Source of the DNA: Octopus bimaculoides
Taxonomy: Eukaryota
Reading direction: 5' to 3'
DNA: 54,094 bases
Assembly: GCF_001194135.2 (NCBI RefSeq)
Contig: NC_068983.1
Location: 59,861,811 to 59,915,904 of the forward strand
Position 1 is the stretch's first letter, and every line of letters begins with the position of its first letter. Below the pieces are notes generated by a model that made no database searches, was not told the DNA's origin, and was given only the letters and a program-made list of their open reading frames with translations. Below are positions 52,561 through 54,094 of this stretch, in pieces. The translations under genes were made by a program, and so were the position numbers.

Positions 52561-53048
52561 AACCCATGGCCTATGTCAGTGGTGTAACCAGCCCACTTAT
52601 GCATACCTTTCCTTCATTGGACACTAAACTCTGCTTGCGAAGACCTGTTGAGGCAAGCAAAATCAAAATCAAATTCGATGACAGCATCACATGACTGGCA
52701 TCTGTGCTAGTGGAGCGCTAAGAGCACCATCCAAGCATGATTGTTGCCAAGGCTGCTGACTGGCTCCTGTGCCGGTGGCACGTAAAAAGCACCATTTGAG
52801 CGTGATCGTTACCAGCGTCGCCTTATTGGCACTTGTGCCAGTGGCATATGAAAAACAACATTTGAGCAAGGTCATTGCCAGTGCCACTAGACTGGCTCCT
52901 GTGCAGATGGCACGTAAAAAACACCATTTGAGCATGGCATTGCCAGTACTGCCTAACAGACCCTCATGCCAATGGTATGTAAAAGGACCCACTACACTTT
53001 CGGAGTGGTTGGCATTAGGAAGGGCATCCAGCTGTAGAAACTCTGCCA
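52560..53048 (+). mobile_element. RTE 3' UTR containing ~65-70-bp tandem units
   Basis: Repeated GACTGGCTCCTGTGC...GGCACGTAAAAA...CACCATTTGAGC units, then TTAGGAAGGGCATCCAGCTGTAGAAACTCTGCC. Confidence 0.75.
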
Positions 53049-53086
53049 TGTGGTTGGTAAGCAAGCTACTTACCACACAGCCACTC
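53046..53086 (-). mobile_element. Family X SINE head fragment
   Basis: Exact 41-nt reverse complement of 48413-48453. Confidence 0.85.
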
Positions 53087-53569
53087 TTACGCCTATATAT
53101 ATATGTATATGTATAAGTATATATGAGTATTGGCCATTCCTATCCTTTATTTTTTTTCCAATTATCATCCATTTCTTATCAGGCATTCCCTTATTACTAC
53201 GCCATGCCCTGCCCTTTCCGTGTAGATAAAGTTGGATATATGATTCCAGTACATTGAGAGTCTAGTAGATTGTCTGACATTAATTGACTTATGGCCATTA
53301 CTGGAATACAGTTGACAACTCCCAATGGATATGATTCTAAATGGTTCAAAACTACATTCAACATATTGTCTTCCAAGTGTAACTAGGTCACCACTCATTT
53401 TATCCTGATCCTCTACTATTTTCTCAGCTATTCTCTAAAGTATAGTAAACTTGACAAGATATGCATGAATTTCTAAACTCTTTCTGCAGAAGATATGACA
53501 ACAAAAACATTGTAAATAATTTGAGTTCCATTATTGATGTGAATATGTTAAGGCAGTGGTTGTATCATC

Positions 53570-53670
53570 TATGTTTGAAGTCTGTGCAGTTACCTGATGA
53601 AAATGGTTTCTTTCAAACAATACAACGTTCTCATTAATCAATTAAAGGAGTCACTTCAAACAGCCATAAT
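53570..53670 (+). repeat. Old dispersed repeat, copy 2
   Basis: Aligns with 13791-13898. Confidence 0.6.
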
Positions 53671-53721
53671 GAATTGAAACCTGTACATCTTACTTACTAA
53701 TTTATATATATATACATATAT

Positions 53722-54094
53722 ACTCTCAACGTCGGCACGCTGAAAGGTAGATCTGGTGAAATTGTTGAGATGCTTGAACGGAGATGCGTAGATATGTGCT
53801 GCATCCAGGAAGTAAGATGGAGAGGAGGTTCTGCAAGGTTCCTCACAGGCAAAGAACACAGGTACAAGATTTTCTGGGCAGGGAACACTGACGGGGTCGG
53901 GGGCGTAGGAATACTTCTAGCGGAGAAATGGGTGGATAAGGTAATCGAGGTCGTTAGAGTAAGTGACAGAGTACTTAAGATCAGACTAGTGCTTCATCAT
54001 AGATTAGCTACTGTCATCTCAGCCTATGCACCTCAACCTGGGCTACCAGATGGTCTGAAAGACCAATTCTATGACACCCTCTTGCAAACTACCT
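53722..54094 (+). mobile_element. RTE LINE AP-endonuclease domain, open reading frame running off the window
   Basis: 124 stop-free codons: TLNVGTLKGRSGEIVEMLERRCVDMCCIQEVRW...GVGILLAEKW...SDRVLKIRL...VISAYAPQ...KDQFYD, with the NV, QE and AYAP motifs of an APE domain. No in-frame ATG upstream: stop at 53698, then (TA)n. Confidence 0.92.

Noticed and set aside
53195-53310. YIES... segment considered as the exon after exon D
   Set aside because: Lacks the expected YIQAAxSPKDxxILxDxSGSM VWA motif, the phase does not fit, and it hits a stop.

Overview
AT-rich, microsatellite-dense eukaryotic genomic DNA with many N gaps. The repeat content (tRNA-derived SINEs, RTE-tailed SINEs, RTE LINEs) points to an octopus; this is inferred from repeat families and not proven. 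The only host gene I can support is a + strand voltage-gated calcium channel alpha-2/delta subunit (CACNA2D family). Four internal coding exons (41382-41441, 48894-49077, 49168-49299, 51607-51670) splice with canonical GT-AG sites and matching phases into KLASAAEEAYRNYTVEVNPP/VDYLNAK...STVHVATYVYHK/TLDVLNGVQWTRALDKVFKEN...WQYFGSAVGFMRVYP/GIKWPINDEDRIDLYDCRLQGW, the N-terminal VWA_N/dCache1 region. I found neither the upstream exons nor the next downstream exon, so most of the window is probably intron. It is filled with SINEs, RTE and CR1/L2-like LINE pieces, a mariner relic, hAT, piggyBac and TA-type MITEs, a long-TIR foldback element and Penelope-type hammerhead-like motifs. The most notable observations: (1) a genomic Gln (CAG) where the alpha2delta amino-acid/gabapentinoid-binding motif normally has Arg, one A-to-I edit from Arg; (2) a 90-nt stop-free in-frame intron; (3) several hammerhead-like motifs, two of them as an inverted pair; (4) mobile elements flanked by unusually long direct duplications; (5) inverted repeats bracketing the exons. 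Nearly all ORFs in the supplied track are microsatellite, gap or transposon artefacts. Repeat boundaries are approximate.
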